Assembly (NCBI GenBank): GCA_012295275.1
Contig: CM022673.1
Span: 16,678,001-16,742,000 of the forward strand
Length of the DNA stretch: 64,000 bases
DNA from: Chrysomallon squamiferum
Taxonomy: Eukaryota > Animalia > Mollusca
Reading direction: 5' to 3'
A program made the position numbers and the translations under genes. Positions 1 through 12,457 of this stretch are shown here, piece by piece. The notes beneath the pieces are model-generated. The model saw only the letters and a program-made list of their open reading frames with translations. It was not told where the DNA came from and searched no databases. Numbering within the stretch: position 1 is the first letter of the stretch; every line of letters begins with the position of its first letter.

Positions 1-235
1 TATTTTGTCCTAATATGTGGAAAAATGTGTCGAATGATTAAATTTCTTTACATATTAACAAAAATAAAATAACACTGAACATTTTAATACACTGCCTTGG
101 TGATAATAAATGCATAAACTATACCTGTGAAACTAATTTGGTTTTCCTCTTGTAAGTAACTTGCACTTGAAAAAAAAATAGTTGTGTAAGCCTTTGGTAT
201 AAACTAACTTTTTTTATCCACTCCAAAATGTAACC

Positions 236-290
236 CCAAGTAAATCCAGCTTTATCCAAGTAAATCCAGCTTTATCCAAGTAAATAGCTT
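236..290. repeat. Short tandem repeat, 20-bp unit, about 2.7 copies
   Basis: ccaagtaaatccagctttat repeated directly. Confidence 0.8.
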
Positions 291-666
291 TCAAAATGTT
301 TCAGTAATTGTCCTTTCGTGTTGTTTTCAGTGATGAAAAATGCAATGGGTCATTGTGGCATTCACATTGATGTAAATGGTGTTTGTTGTAGCATGGATTT
401 GTTAACTGAGTATTTCTGTTTTAATAATATTATACGGATAATAAATCTGTTAAATGTGGCTTAACAGCTGTGTTTCATTAAATGTTCTTTTGAATACTTT
501 GTCTTGAGTTGATTATTGAGTATTATAGTAAGTAGAGTAAACAAAATATCTTGATTCAAATTGTTTGTCTTTGATAGAATAAAACTATTTCTCAGTGTGC
601 AAATGTAAACCATCTTTTCAGAGATTTCCTTTGAAAGTGAAGAAAAAAGAAATAAAAAATATTTGG

Positions 667-703
<37 letters not shown>

Positions 704-1743
704 TATTAAAAAAAAGAAATGAGACAAGAAAATGTTAGAAAAAAGAAAAAACGACAACTGATAACCACATAAATTCACATTGTGAGTTAATAAAGAACTG
801 TTATCTGACAAATTCAGATACTGAAAAAAGAATTTACATTTGGTTTTTCTATTGCAGTGGCTTTGCCAACTTTTGACATTAATCTGAAACTATTTTTATT
901 GTCTGTCTGTATACAAAAGTACCAAACCCACCAAGCAACCCAAATAAGGTCCAACAAAAATACATAAAAATTATTATAAAAGTAACTAAAAGTAACATAA
1001 TACAAAGACAAACTAAAGAAACAAAAGTCCATAGCCTGTGCAGTTTTCAAACTGCCTTTACTGATATCACATACTTCTTGGGCAAAACACCAATAGTTTG
1101 AATTATTTTGGTGTATTAAGGGGGATGTTTTAGTGTTTCAAGACAGTAAATAAGATAATAATATTGTGTTGATGTGTTTATGTTGACAGATAGGTATGCT
1201 TGGCTGATAAAAATGTTTCAGAATAGTATTTTCCTTTTGTATTTATCTGTATGTGTGTGTGTGCATGGTTTTGTATTTTGATAGTTTCTTGCATGTAATA
1301 TTCTTACTTCTCTATTCAAATGGTAATTTTTCAATTCTTTTTCTTTTAATATAAAAAAAATAAATGATTTAGTACATTTTTTTTTTTTTTTTTTTGTACA
1401 AAACATAATTTTCAGTTACTTACTCAAGTCTAAATAATAATGCAGTGAAATCTGCCTGAAATAGTAAAATACTATGTTGATCTATATGAAGTTGTTTTGT
1501 TATATTTTCCCTAAATTCTAGTTAAAGATTATGTCATAATAATGAAGTCATTAAATGAATTTTTGTAAACTGAAAATTTGTGCTTTGGAAACATATTTTA
1601 ATTTTATAGCTTCCACTGTTTATGATTGCTAATATGTTAAATTAAACCTGTATTATAAAATTTAATAAACTCCTAATTTTTTTATTTTGTTTTAAATTTA
1701 AATATTTTGTACTGAAATAAAATAATTTGTTGTTAAACTTCAG

Positions 1744-4700
1744 GATCCAGACAAATTTTTGACAGAACTCCATGATGTTAAGACTATGGAAGGTGCGCCC
1801 TCAGTCCGCATGTCGTGCACTTTCTGCAAGCCTAATGCCAAGCTCAGTTGGCTGAAGAACAAAATGGAAATTTTCCATGGCTACAAGTACCATATTGAAA
1901 ACAATGACAAAGATTACACTCTTGAGATCATGAATGTGAAGCCAGAGGATGCAGGAAAGTACACTTGTCTTTGCAATGACTGCAAAACTTCTGCTTGGGT
2001 CTATGTAGAAGGTAATTAAGATTCTTATGGTGTATCTCTATGTCAGTCTTGGTTTAATATGTATAATTTTTTTTTTTTTATTACTGATACAGAAGATAAC
2101 ATAAATTTGTTTAGATGTTTTTTTCCTCCAGTCTTAATATTTTTATTTTCTATATGTATATAAATACAGTTTGTTTGTACATTCATTTCAATCTCAGAAT
2201 GTTATTTACTTTCAGCCAAAGAACCAGAATACTACTTCACCCAGAAATTGCCTCAGCATTATGAAGTATGCCGCAAGAAAAATGGAATGCTAGAATGTTT
2301 TCTCTCTGATTCTAGAGCTCGAGTGAAATGGTACAGAAAGGGAGAACCTCTTGAGGTTAGTTGTAGTCAATTTTAAATTTTAATAAAAATTTGTAAAGAA
2401 CGTTCAGTCTTGGAACAAAACAATTATTAATTATATCCTTTATGAAATATTCCTGGGGACATTTTGAAGATCCAGAGAACTGTGACAGATGGATGTGGAG
2501 TTTTGTTTCACATCCTGGAGACTTTACCTCTTGGCAAATTGTGGTGTTATAAGACCAGTAGATTATTTCTTCAGTCTAATCCTCTAATACACTGACAAAC
2601 TGCAAAGGTTTTTCAGGATGTAAACTTAACAAACCTTGAGGTTAACAAGAAAATCAGTAATAAACCAAAGTTCTATGTGTTTGCAGTTGTAAATAGTCTT
2701 ATTTGATCAGTCAAACTTCATAAATTATGCAAAAGTACATTACTGAAAAAAATTGTTGTCATTACTAAAAGAAAATAATGAAGTCACAAACAGATAAATA
2801 TATTTATTTATAAAGAAAAAATATTTATTATAACTGTAATGATTTTATTTCTTTAAGTATTTTAATTACATGAATCTATTTAATACTACTACTACCTCTA
2901 ATAATAATTTGAATTATTTCTTTTAATATACTTGTGCATATATGCAAAATAAATAAACTATATTTAACTAAAATAATAATTTAATAATGTATTATTATAT
3001 GTAAATAAGCTTTCATGAGTATTATCTATTTTTAATTTCACTTATAAATAATAAACAGCCTTTTTATTTAATTGTAGCATTTTTCTTTAATGCCTGTTTA
3101 TAGGGATGTAAACGATGAGAAAAAATTAATCTTTTGATTTATTGGTATTTTTATCATTAATAAAATTGTGAAAAAAAAATAATTTAGGCTAAAAAAAATA
3201 CTACTAATAAATATTTTTTTCTAATTAACATTAATTATCTGAATGTGGGCATTTATTATTATTATTATTATTATTTTTTTTTTTTGGCCAATAAAGATAT
3301 ATTTGTTACAATAATTCAATGAAAGTTTATCAGTCAATTCTTCCACTAGATCAAAAAATATTTTTACTTTCATAATGAGTTCTAGTATTGTGTAAGCTAA
3401 ATATTATCACCTTTCATGGCCAACCCAAATCTTTTTCAAGCCAGACATTATCACCATCAATGTAGGTGGATATTCTTATAATTTCATCAGGAATTGTTTG
3501 TATTATTGGCTGCTGGTACACTTCAATTCTTTGAGGACAATCTTCTTTGTGATGTTTTGAATGATATCGTTTGTATCTGTCGTAATCATCAGCTGACCTG
3601 TACCTTCTCTTTGATTTCTTTTGTCTCTGTTGGAAATCATCAAGAAATGGGAAGCGACTAGCAGGGTAAGAATGTGATCGCTTTCTTTGTCTTCCCCTTT
3701 CTGTGTATATCTCATCTATCAGTCTAAGAAGAGCCTCATCTTCAGCTAGTAATAATGGTTTGTAGGGAAATGAGTTCTTGCTGTGTTTCTTCTTCTTTCT
3801 CTTCCACTTGCTGTAAATGGGATCCAGGTCCTCAGCTCCAGGTTTTAAAACATGTCCACGTTCTGATGGTCCCAGCCGTAATTTTTTCTTTCCATAGAAC
3901 CATTTCAGAAATGTGGCCACTGATGCTAGACATCCAGATGGTAGTTCTTTATCCTTCCAGAGTATCTGTAAAATACATTTTATATAGGCATATTTTCCTA
4001 TACTCATCTTTCTTTCTTATATTCTTTCATATTTTTTCATTTCTCTCTCTTTCTCTCCCTGTCTGTATTTTCCAGAAACCTATTGCATATCAAGAGTAGA
4101 TATATTATTTAATGACTAAATACAATTTCTGATTTCTGCCTAGAAAAAAAATAGTGGAGTCTGTTTTACATATTTTTCTCTATCTGTAAGTTAATATACT
4201 GACCTGTTTTATTTCTGAAAAATTTGGTTTCAAAGGTATTCTTAGTTTGACCATCATCTTGTCAAAGAGGATGAATGTAACATTGTATGAAGTTCTTGGA
4301 CGCAGGAAAATAGATGATCTGATTCCTAGTTGTGAATCAAATACATTCATGTTATCATCTTGATCAAAAATTTCCCCAGCTAACATCAATACATGATTCT
4401 TCATGGATAATCCAGTTTTCATTTCAAGCCTCTTTTTGAATGCTCCAATGCTTTCCTGAGCATACACATGCATTTTGTAAATGATGTTTTGAATAGAATG
4501 CACAAACACTGGATACTGCCTTAGTTTCAAGTCAACTTTTGTTTCAAAGTCTTCCACATATTCCACTAACTTATTACTGCTGGAGAGCCTATAGTCTCCC
4601 ACATACATGTCATGAACTGTGGCATTTGGCACTCCTATCTGTTCCAACATTTCCTTAACCACTTTAACTTTGCGGTTAGGACTTACTTTGAGAATTTCAG

Positions 4701-7700
4701 TGATTCCGTTACCTAAACGAAATGTTAGTGGAATTCCAAACATTACATCAGGGTCCTTTTTAGCCTGGGATACATCCATTAAGACAGTGGGAGACCTTGA
4801 TCCATAGTGGCCTATTGTTTCTGAAAAATCAAGTGGCAAGTCATTACTGTACAGGCTGATAATATTGACAGCTATACCAGTCAATCCATGCAGTTTGAGA
4901 GCAACTGTAGACCACCTGTCAAGCTGTGAAACTTTTATCATATGCACCTTGTCTTTGGTTTCTACTACAGGTACTTTCTGCATTTGGAGCTTATGATATA
5001 AACCAATAGTTGAGAGCTGTAGAATATCACCATCATCAATATTGTAGTATCCCATGCAGGTGCTCCAGTTGATGACTGTGGTGCCATGGTACAGGACAAG
5101 CGTGTGTTTTGGCAGATACAGTTCAAAGAGAGACATTATATCAGGTGTGTTCCTTGTGACAGTCCTTCGCAGGACAGTCCAAATGATGTTCATACCAGTC
5201 ATACAAGGATCAATGTATAAATGATAGGTACTACCCCAGAATGTTTCAATATGTACCAGAGTATCGTACAGAATGTGTAACATGACAAAAACAGTTCCTC
5301 TAGGATTTATTCTGTACTCAAACAAATATTTGTCATTTTCCATTGCTTTGTCTTTGTACAGCAGATCTATCCTCTCTGGTGAAAGACCTCTTTGTTCTTG
5401 TAATTCAGATTTCAGCTGCATCACTGTCATTGACAGATCAATATCCATTTCAAACTTAAGATTCAGTTGTTTAATCTCAATATACACATTCTGTTTGTAG
5501 CGTGGCAGAATTAATATTGCTGATCCAGGTTTGATTACATAAAATTGTGAAATATCTACAGGAATTTTTTGTCCAGGTTGCAGCACTGTTAGTTTTTCCA
5601 CTTTGTAATTAAAGTCCAGTCCTGATTTGGCAAAATGGATGACAGATGCAAGTGTATCACCCAGTACTGGTGTGAAAATAGCTGAGGTGTCTGGAGTTTT
5701 ATATGACCACAGGACCAGCTGTTGACCAAGCACACTTTCAAGGTTAACTTCACCAAGGAGTAACTCATCATCAGGACGGAAATCAAATTCCTCACTGCTG
5801 ATGGAAAGAGAATCTGGGCTGTCTCTGTAATTTGGATTATGTTTGGCAAGTTCACGAAATATCTTGTCTTCCTTGGACTTGTATCTGTTTCCTTTGAATT
5901 TTTCATATCTCTGAAAATGGTACAGTAACAGTTACTAAAATGAGGAGAAATAAACTGAGATATTTTTTGATATGGGAATGAAAGAAAACATTCAAACATT
6001 GAAAGTGAAATAGTTATTAGATCTGGAATATGAATACTTAGTACTTGCCATTACAACCTTAATAAATTTATACTGCAGACTTCTTTGACCTAATAATATG
6101 GTAACACTAAAATAATTATTTGTTTACATAAATAAATAAATAAATAAATCGGACAAGTAAGATATGATTTTGATTTAGTGGATAATTTTGAAAGCATATA
6201 TATTATAATTCTAAAGAAAAATGTTAGTTTAAATATATTTATTATGACAAAAAAAAATATTTTGATCTAGTAAATGTAGTATTATTATTATTAAACTAAT
6301 TAAAAGATATTTACAAAAGACTAACCTTATCAAAAACCTGTCTTCCTCTAGGATCTTTGAGTTCTAATGGCTTGTCATGATAAACTCCAAACATGTTTTC
6401 TTTTTGTTGATTTTTTCCATTTACTTCAAAACATTATAACCCAAGACATGTTGTTTTCATACTTAAAATAAACAATCCCCACAGTATATTCCTTTCTCTG
6501 GTTTTTTCCAAACAAACAGCTATTGCTGTAATTTTTAAAATCACAGAACCAGTAGTGAAGACAAATTTTAGTCTTCTAAAATCCTTTGATTAAATAAATC
6601 CACTGTAATAAACAACATAAAACCAAACTGGACGGCCATATTGGAAATGGGTTGCCAATGTACACATTATGTAGACTAGGTAGATATTTTGTGTTATTTG
6701 AACAACAAACAGCTAAAAAAGAAAATCTATTCTTTTCACCACTGAACGGGTCATCAAATGTTTTCTCATTCATGTATTCAACCGGTTGTATGAAAGAGAT
6801 CAAGGATCACTGTTCATTATTCATAAGACAGATAAAAGTTTTTTATTTGTCTATTCATGACTTTCCACCAACACCGATATCTTTCACAAAAGCATTATTC
6901 TTGACTAGGGTGTAAGCCATGTTTTTATGCTTAGAATCAGAATAGTTTACTTAATGGGTTGGGTTTCGTGTAGACTGTACAGTGCTTAAAGCAAATTACA
7001 TTATGTAATTATTTTCCCCTGCTTGTATTTATATTTTGAAATACAAGAAATGTTTATAACACAACCAGTGACTTGAATGCTTTTCTTTTGGTTTTATTTG
7101 TGACAGAACATTTATTACTATTTTTTATTTTTTATTTTTTTTGTGTGTGTATCAGACTGAGTCTCAATAGTAGATAGCTTGAGATTATAAGACTTACATG
7201 ATCAATAATTCTTTGTGCACTGCTTGGAATATTGCCTGTTCCAATAAGTGCTTCACAACATATTATAATTACAAAACTATATTATAATTTTTGTTTATCA
7301 AAAGCTTTTTCACATGTTTTTATTTTTTTATTTCATACAAAACGATGCATGTAAAAAGTGCATTGCTACAACAAATCGTTAAAACAACCTCATGATTATA
7401 GAAATGTTTATATATTAATACCTAGTAGTCTTTAATATTAACAAGTATATAGATGTCATTAAACAAACATTTGTTATTCACATATTTATTGAAAAGAACA
7501 AGTTGTTTTGTTTATGTTGAATGAAATAATAAACAGACATTAATTTTAATTATTTATTTGTTTCAGTACACACCAGGCAAATATGAAATTCAGAGACGAG
7601 AAAACCGTTGCATTCTGAGAATTCTTAATGCAAATGCTGAGGATGAAGGTGAATACAGCTGTAAATGTGGTGAAGCTGAAACTAGATGTGATGTCTATGT

Positions 7701-8898
7701 TGAAGGTATAGTTTTTTTGTTTTTTATATTCTCATAATAAAGATGTTATAACTCAGTTTAAAAGAATTTGTCAAGGGCTTTCTCAGTAACAGCATCAGTC
7801 CTTCTTAGAATATACATTGGGCTATTTCTCCGTTCCAAACAGTGGCTCAAAATGTTTGTTAAATATATTGCTATTGGAAGAGATTGCAAGATTATTCATC
7901 TTTCTGCTTATTAAACATTATAAAATGAAAATGAAATGTGATAATATTTAAAATTTACAAAACTGTTTTTTGTATTATTTTAAACTAATACAGAACCAGA
8001 ATGGCTTCTCATGAAGAAATTGGATGATTTTCCATTTTTAAATTTATTAAACATTATACAAAAAATTAATAATGACATCAGTATTTAAAGATTTTACGAA
8101 ATTCATTTTGGTTTATTTTAAACATAAATTTAGAACCAGAATGGGAGTTCATGAAGAAGCTGGATGATGTAGAAGCTGTTGAAAGGGAAAGAGCCATGTT
8201 TGAGTGTGATGTTAGTGACCCTGAAGCAGATGTCACTTGGTTCAAGGAGGAAAAGGTGTGCTGCACATACAATTCAACATATTTCATGCTACTGAATTGG
8301 GTTTTTGTTTTAAACAGTTTAACAGCAAATTAACTTTTTATATTATTTTAAACATTTTGATTAAACATCTTCAAAAATCAAACAAAGTAAATTTAAAGTG
8401 TTTTATATATTTCTGTGTGTGACTGTGTATATGTATGATTAAATTAAACTTGAATATTTAAACCACTCTAATATTTTATTTGCTGTTTATTTTAAATATC
8501 TGAAACAATAATGAATTTAATATTTCTCATTCATATATAGAATTACGTTTTTTTTCTTCTGCTTAATAACATTGGGTATGAAGCTTCTGCTTTTTGAAAC
8601 AAAGCCTTTCTTTGTTAAGAGACATGTACACATAATGTGTATCTTTCATGTTCAAGACCTTACTCTTTCAATAAAAGTATATTGAAAATTATTTATACTA
8701 TTTTAATTATTGCTAACTAAAATATAATAACTAACAGTGTTAAAAATTTACACAGATTGTTTATGAGCATGTTTTTTATATTAATTTGTGTTTAGAACAT
8801 AATAAAATAATTGCATGTTATTGTTTTCTTAGTAATTTTATCTTCCATAAAACAATATTATAATTTTTGTTTTTGTTATTTATTTATTTATTTATTTA

Positions 8899-8947
<49 letters not shown>

Positions 8948-10557
8948 ACTTGTCTCAATGTGCCTTGTTATTGTAACAATTTGCTTTCAGACTGAAGGTG
9001 GCAAGATTATTACAATCCGATTGGATAAATATGAATGTACTGAAGAGGTACCCTACTAACCCTACTAGGCCCAATACTAGCATTTGTTTTTTTAATAGAA
9101 AACATTTTTGAGTTATATATAGCTAATGGAAAAGCATGATACTGGTGTTGAAATGGAGAGAGATCTCTGGCACAGATAGTGCTTGCCTTATATTTGATAG
9201 CTGCAGCATTGGTTCTCTCTTAGGCTCCTTTTGGGGGTATTTCCAGATCCAGTATTTTTGGTATGTTTTGTCATGGTACTGAGTATTCCATTATACATTA
9301 AAATATTTAGAAAATATATTTTGCTGCTGATATCAGTGAGAATAATTCCATTTAATAGCTTTGTTTTAAAAACTGGCAATAAAAGCAATCTTGAATGCCC
9401 GATTGTTTTTCCTTTGTTGTCATTTCATCCAAATCCTTTCCAGATTTGTCACAGAATCAACCAGACAGTTTCTTTAATTGTGTAGTATATTAATCCTTGA
9501 CATGTGAGGAATGGTTTGACTAGATTCAAAGAAATATGTGCTGCATAGTAACATGCATGTCCATCATAACAAAGCTCCTGTTTGGTCAGCTGTTTGTCAA
9601 AGAATAATCAGGTAAGACAGAACTGTTTAACAGATAACTAATATTTCTAAGCTAGAATAATAACCAGATACAAAAAATGAATCTGTCGAGGTATTATTAA
9701 TACTTGTACTTAATGAAAAATGTACACATATCTAATCCCACAATTTTAATGAATTGGCAGAAACTGTGTGTTAGTGCAGTTGCCTTAGCAGTTAACACTG
9801 TTGTAAAACTTATTGGGCTGTTTCCCAATCTAGTCAGTGTACTTCACTTGAACAGTCAGAGATCATGGTACATTTTGTTTATAGTAAAGTTAATGAAAAT
9901 GGTTCATAGATGCTATATGAAAAGATTACACAGTTTGGTGACTGTCCGTTTTTTTCTTAGTGTCTTATCAAATCACATCAGTGTCATCTTATAGCAGTTA
10001 CTGTTAAAGTATGTTGAACAAACAGTCATTCATAAATCTTGAATTCAAACTCAGAAAAAAGATTGTAGTTTACTGCATTTTCCCAGCCCTTAGGAATATT
10101 TTGTATAATTTTAGTTAAATTAGATCCTTCAGTGTTGCATTTTCTCATAATATTTATAAGAAATTGTTACTAACCTTTGCTATATTTTTATTACTTGTTG
10201 TTTAAATTTTGTAAATGCTTTTGATACTAATTTTAATTCTGAATTGCATTGTCTGATATGATGTTTATACCAGTAAAAGAATTACAAATAATCTAATGGT
10301 TTTGTATTGTATGTAACAAACAAGAAATAACACTTTTTTTAAATGTTTTTTCTTATATTTAACAACCTGCAGTAATAACAAATGTTAATATTCCAAATAT
10401 ATTTACTTCAAATTGGTATTCTCACTATATGATGTCACACCAACTAGTAGCCTATGATGATTCACTAACTATACATATTTTTATTTATTAGATGATGAAA
10501 TTGTAATTATAAACTTTCTAATCAATTTACCGAAAATAGATTTATGTTCCTTTATAT

Positions 10558-10607
<50 letters not shown>

Positions 10608-11121
10608 TAATTTTTAATTTCGATTTTAGTTATCTTCTACCATCCTAGTTCCTTCTGTATGCTAATACTGGTTTTCAACAAAAAAACAACATAAAGACTA
10701 TAATATGTACTGACTAAAGATAAACCTTAAATGTTTTAATTGCTTTGAAATTTGAAGCTACTACAAATTATAGACTACAAGTTGTTGTTACATGTCCCAC
10801 AGTGAGAGTACACCATTACTAATCTAACTGTTTTTAATCAACAGAACTGTCAGAAAAAATAAAGTTTGTTTTTATTCCATTAGGAATTGAAATCTGGGGG
10901 AAAGTATGAGTTCCAGAAAGATAATTTGAAACGTCGTCTGATTATTAAGAACTGCAGCATCAAAGACGATGGCAAATACACGTGTAAACTTCTTGATCAG
11001 ACTACAACAGCTGAATTATATGTCTCACGTAAGATGTCACTTTATTGTATATTCTTTTAAATATCACTCTGTTGTATTTAATCATTTTGAAGCTATTATT
11101 TGAATATTTGTGACTTGTATA

Positions 11122-11175
<54 letters not shown>

Positions 11176-12457
11176 ACGGACGGATGGACGGACGGACGGA
11201 CGGACACACAGACAGACACACACACACACACACGTCATATAAATAAGCTAGATATTGTGTTATAAGTGAAAAAATTATATCTTGCAGCTGATGTAAAATT
11301 CATCAAGAAGCTGGAACCAAAAACTGTCAAGGAAGGAGACACTCTGACACTAGAGTGTAAAGCTACAAATGCTCACAAACACCCACACAAGTGGATGAAA
11401 AATGGACAGCCATTTGAACCAGATCTCAGGTACATTCTTGTTATTTTTATATTGTTAAGTAAGTTATTCTTTACAATCCAAATGTGTAAGATCTAAGTAT
11501 AGAAATGATAAAGAATCTTGGTAGTATCACTAATAGCTAATAAAGCAAAACAGTGAGATAGTACTGGAGTATGTACATTTTTGTTTATTACAGAGGGGAG
11601 ATAACTCAGAAAGGAGAATCATACAAACTGGTTATTAAAAATGTTACTGCTGATGATATGGCTGAATACACACTGCAGATTGGTGAGAGACCAACACGAT
11701 CTCAAGTCACTGTCATAGAGCGTAAGTAACAACAGTAGTATTGGTGTGTGCTTGATGTAAAAATACAATCCAGTAATAATTATTGCATCAAAACATTTAT
11801 AATAAATATTAATATTATGATAGTAATAAAATAGAAACTAATGATGATATTAATTCAGTACAAAATAATTACGGAAACCACCCCCAAAAAATAATAATAA
11901 GAAGAAGAAATTGCTTCACACAAACATAACAGTATTATTAAGAAGTTTGTTTGTTACTGAAAATTATCTTTGATTTGTGTTACAGCTCCTAAGCCTCCTA
12001 AAATTGATCTAAATGCCATTCCAAACGAAGTCCTTGTGAAACAAGGAGAGCTTATTGAATTGAAGATCCCCTTCATAGGTTTGTGTATTTATTTATTTAC
12101 TTTATTTGTGAGGGTTTTGGGGTTGTTTTTTTGTTGTCAGTTGTTTTTTTTGTTTTTTGTTTTTTTTAGGAAACCAAGGTGTACTCATCAGTTTTTATTT
12201 AATCTTAAAATGATCATTTGAAAATTTAGCTGAATGTATCTAATTAATAATGTTTTATTTAGGTTCTCCAATGCCAAGAGCCACCTGGAAGAAGGGAGAC
12301 AAACAACTGAGTGAAGCTGATATTGACATTGAAACAGAACCTCGACTGACTAAGCTGCTTATCCCAAATGCTAAGCGATCTGATACTGGAACATATGAAT
12401 TGACACTGACTAATGAGGCTGGAACAGACACTGTGCCAATCAAAGTTGTCGTCATGG
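1744..12457 (+). CDS. unc-22: Twitchin: five tandem Ig domains
   Basis: Exons 1744-2011, 2216-2355, 7567-7705, 8134-8255, 10884-11028, 11288-11429, 11594-11721, 11986-12078, 12263-12457. Motifs include LSWLKN...[14 protein letters not shown]...[14 protein letters not shown]...DDGKYTC and ATWKKG...DTGTYEL. Confidence 0.93.

Noticed and set aside
461-1406. Minus-strand ORFs with poly-Phe or poly-Lys
   Set aside because: They arise from poly-A/T tracts in intron sequence and show no domain or splice support.
1-1743. Search for exons of the D1 phospho-linker upstream of the first Ig
   Set aside because: Only orphan splice-like signals were found (about 152, 330, 1189-1194), with no convincing open, phase-compatible exon.
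4116-4139. Alternative acceptor at 4140 for the nested gene
   Set aside because: It gives AEIRNCI-stop. The 3965 acceptor preserves a 183-codon frame and continues the UBL helix.
3755-5500. Plus-strand ORFs 3755-4099, 4619-4807 and 5273-5500
   Set aside because: They are antisense shadows of the nested UBL gene and contain no Ig/Fn motifs.
4180-5733. Reading the 517-aa ORF as polyubiquitin or as a stand-alone intronless or transposon ORF
   Set aside because: The units are highly diverged with no LRGG. The frame extends to an acceptor at 5910 and splices on both sides. I saw no RT, transposase or integrase motifs and no terminal repeats.
6636-6644. CCATATTGG as a possible CArG (SRF) box
   Set aside because: It has only five A/T bases between CC and GG, whereas the consensus needs six.
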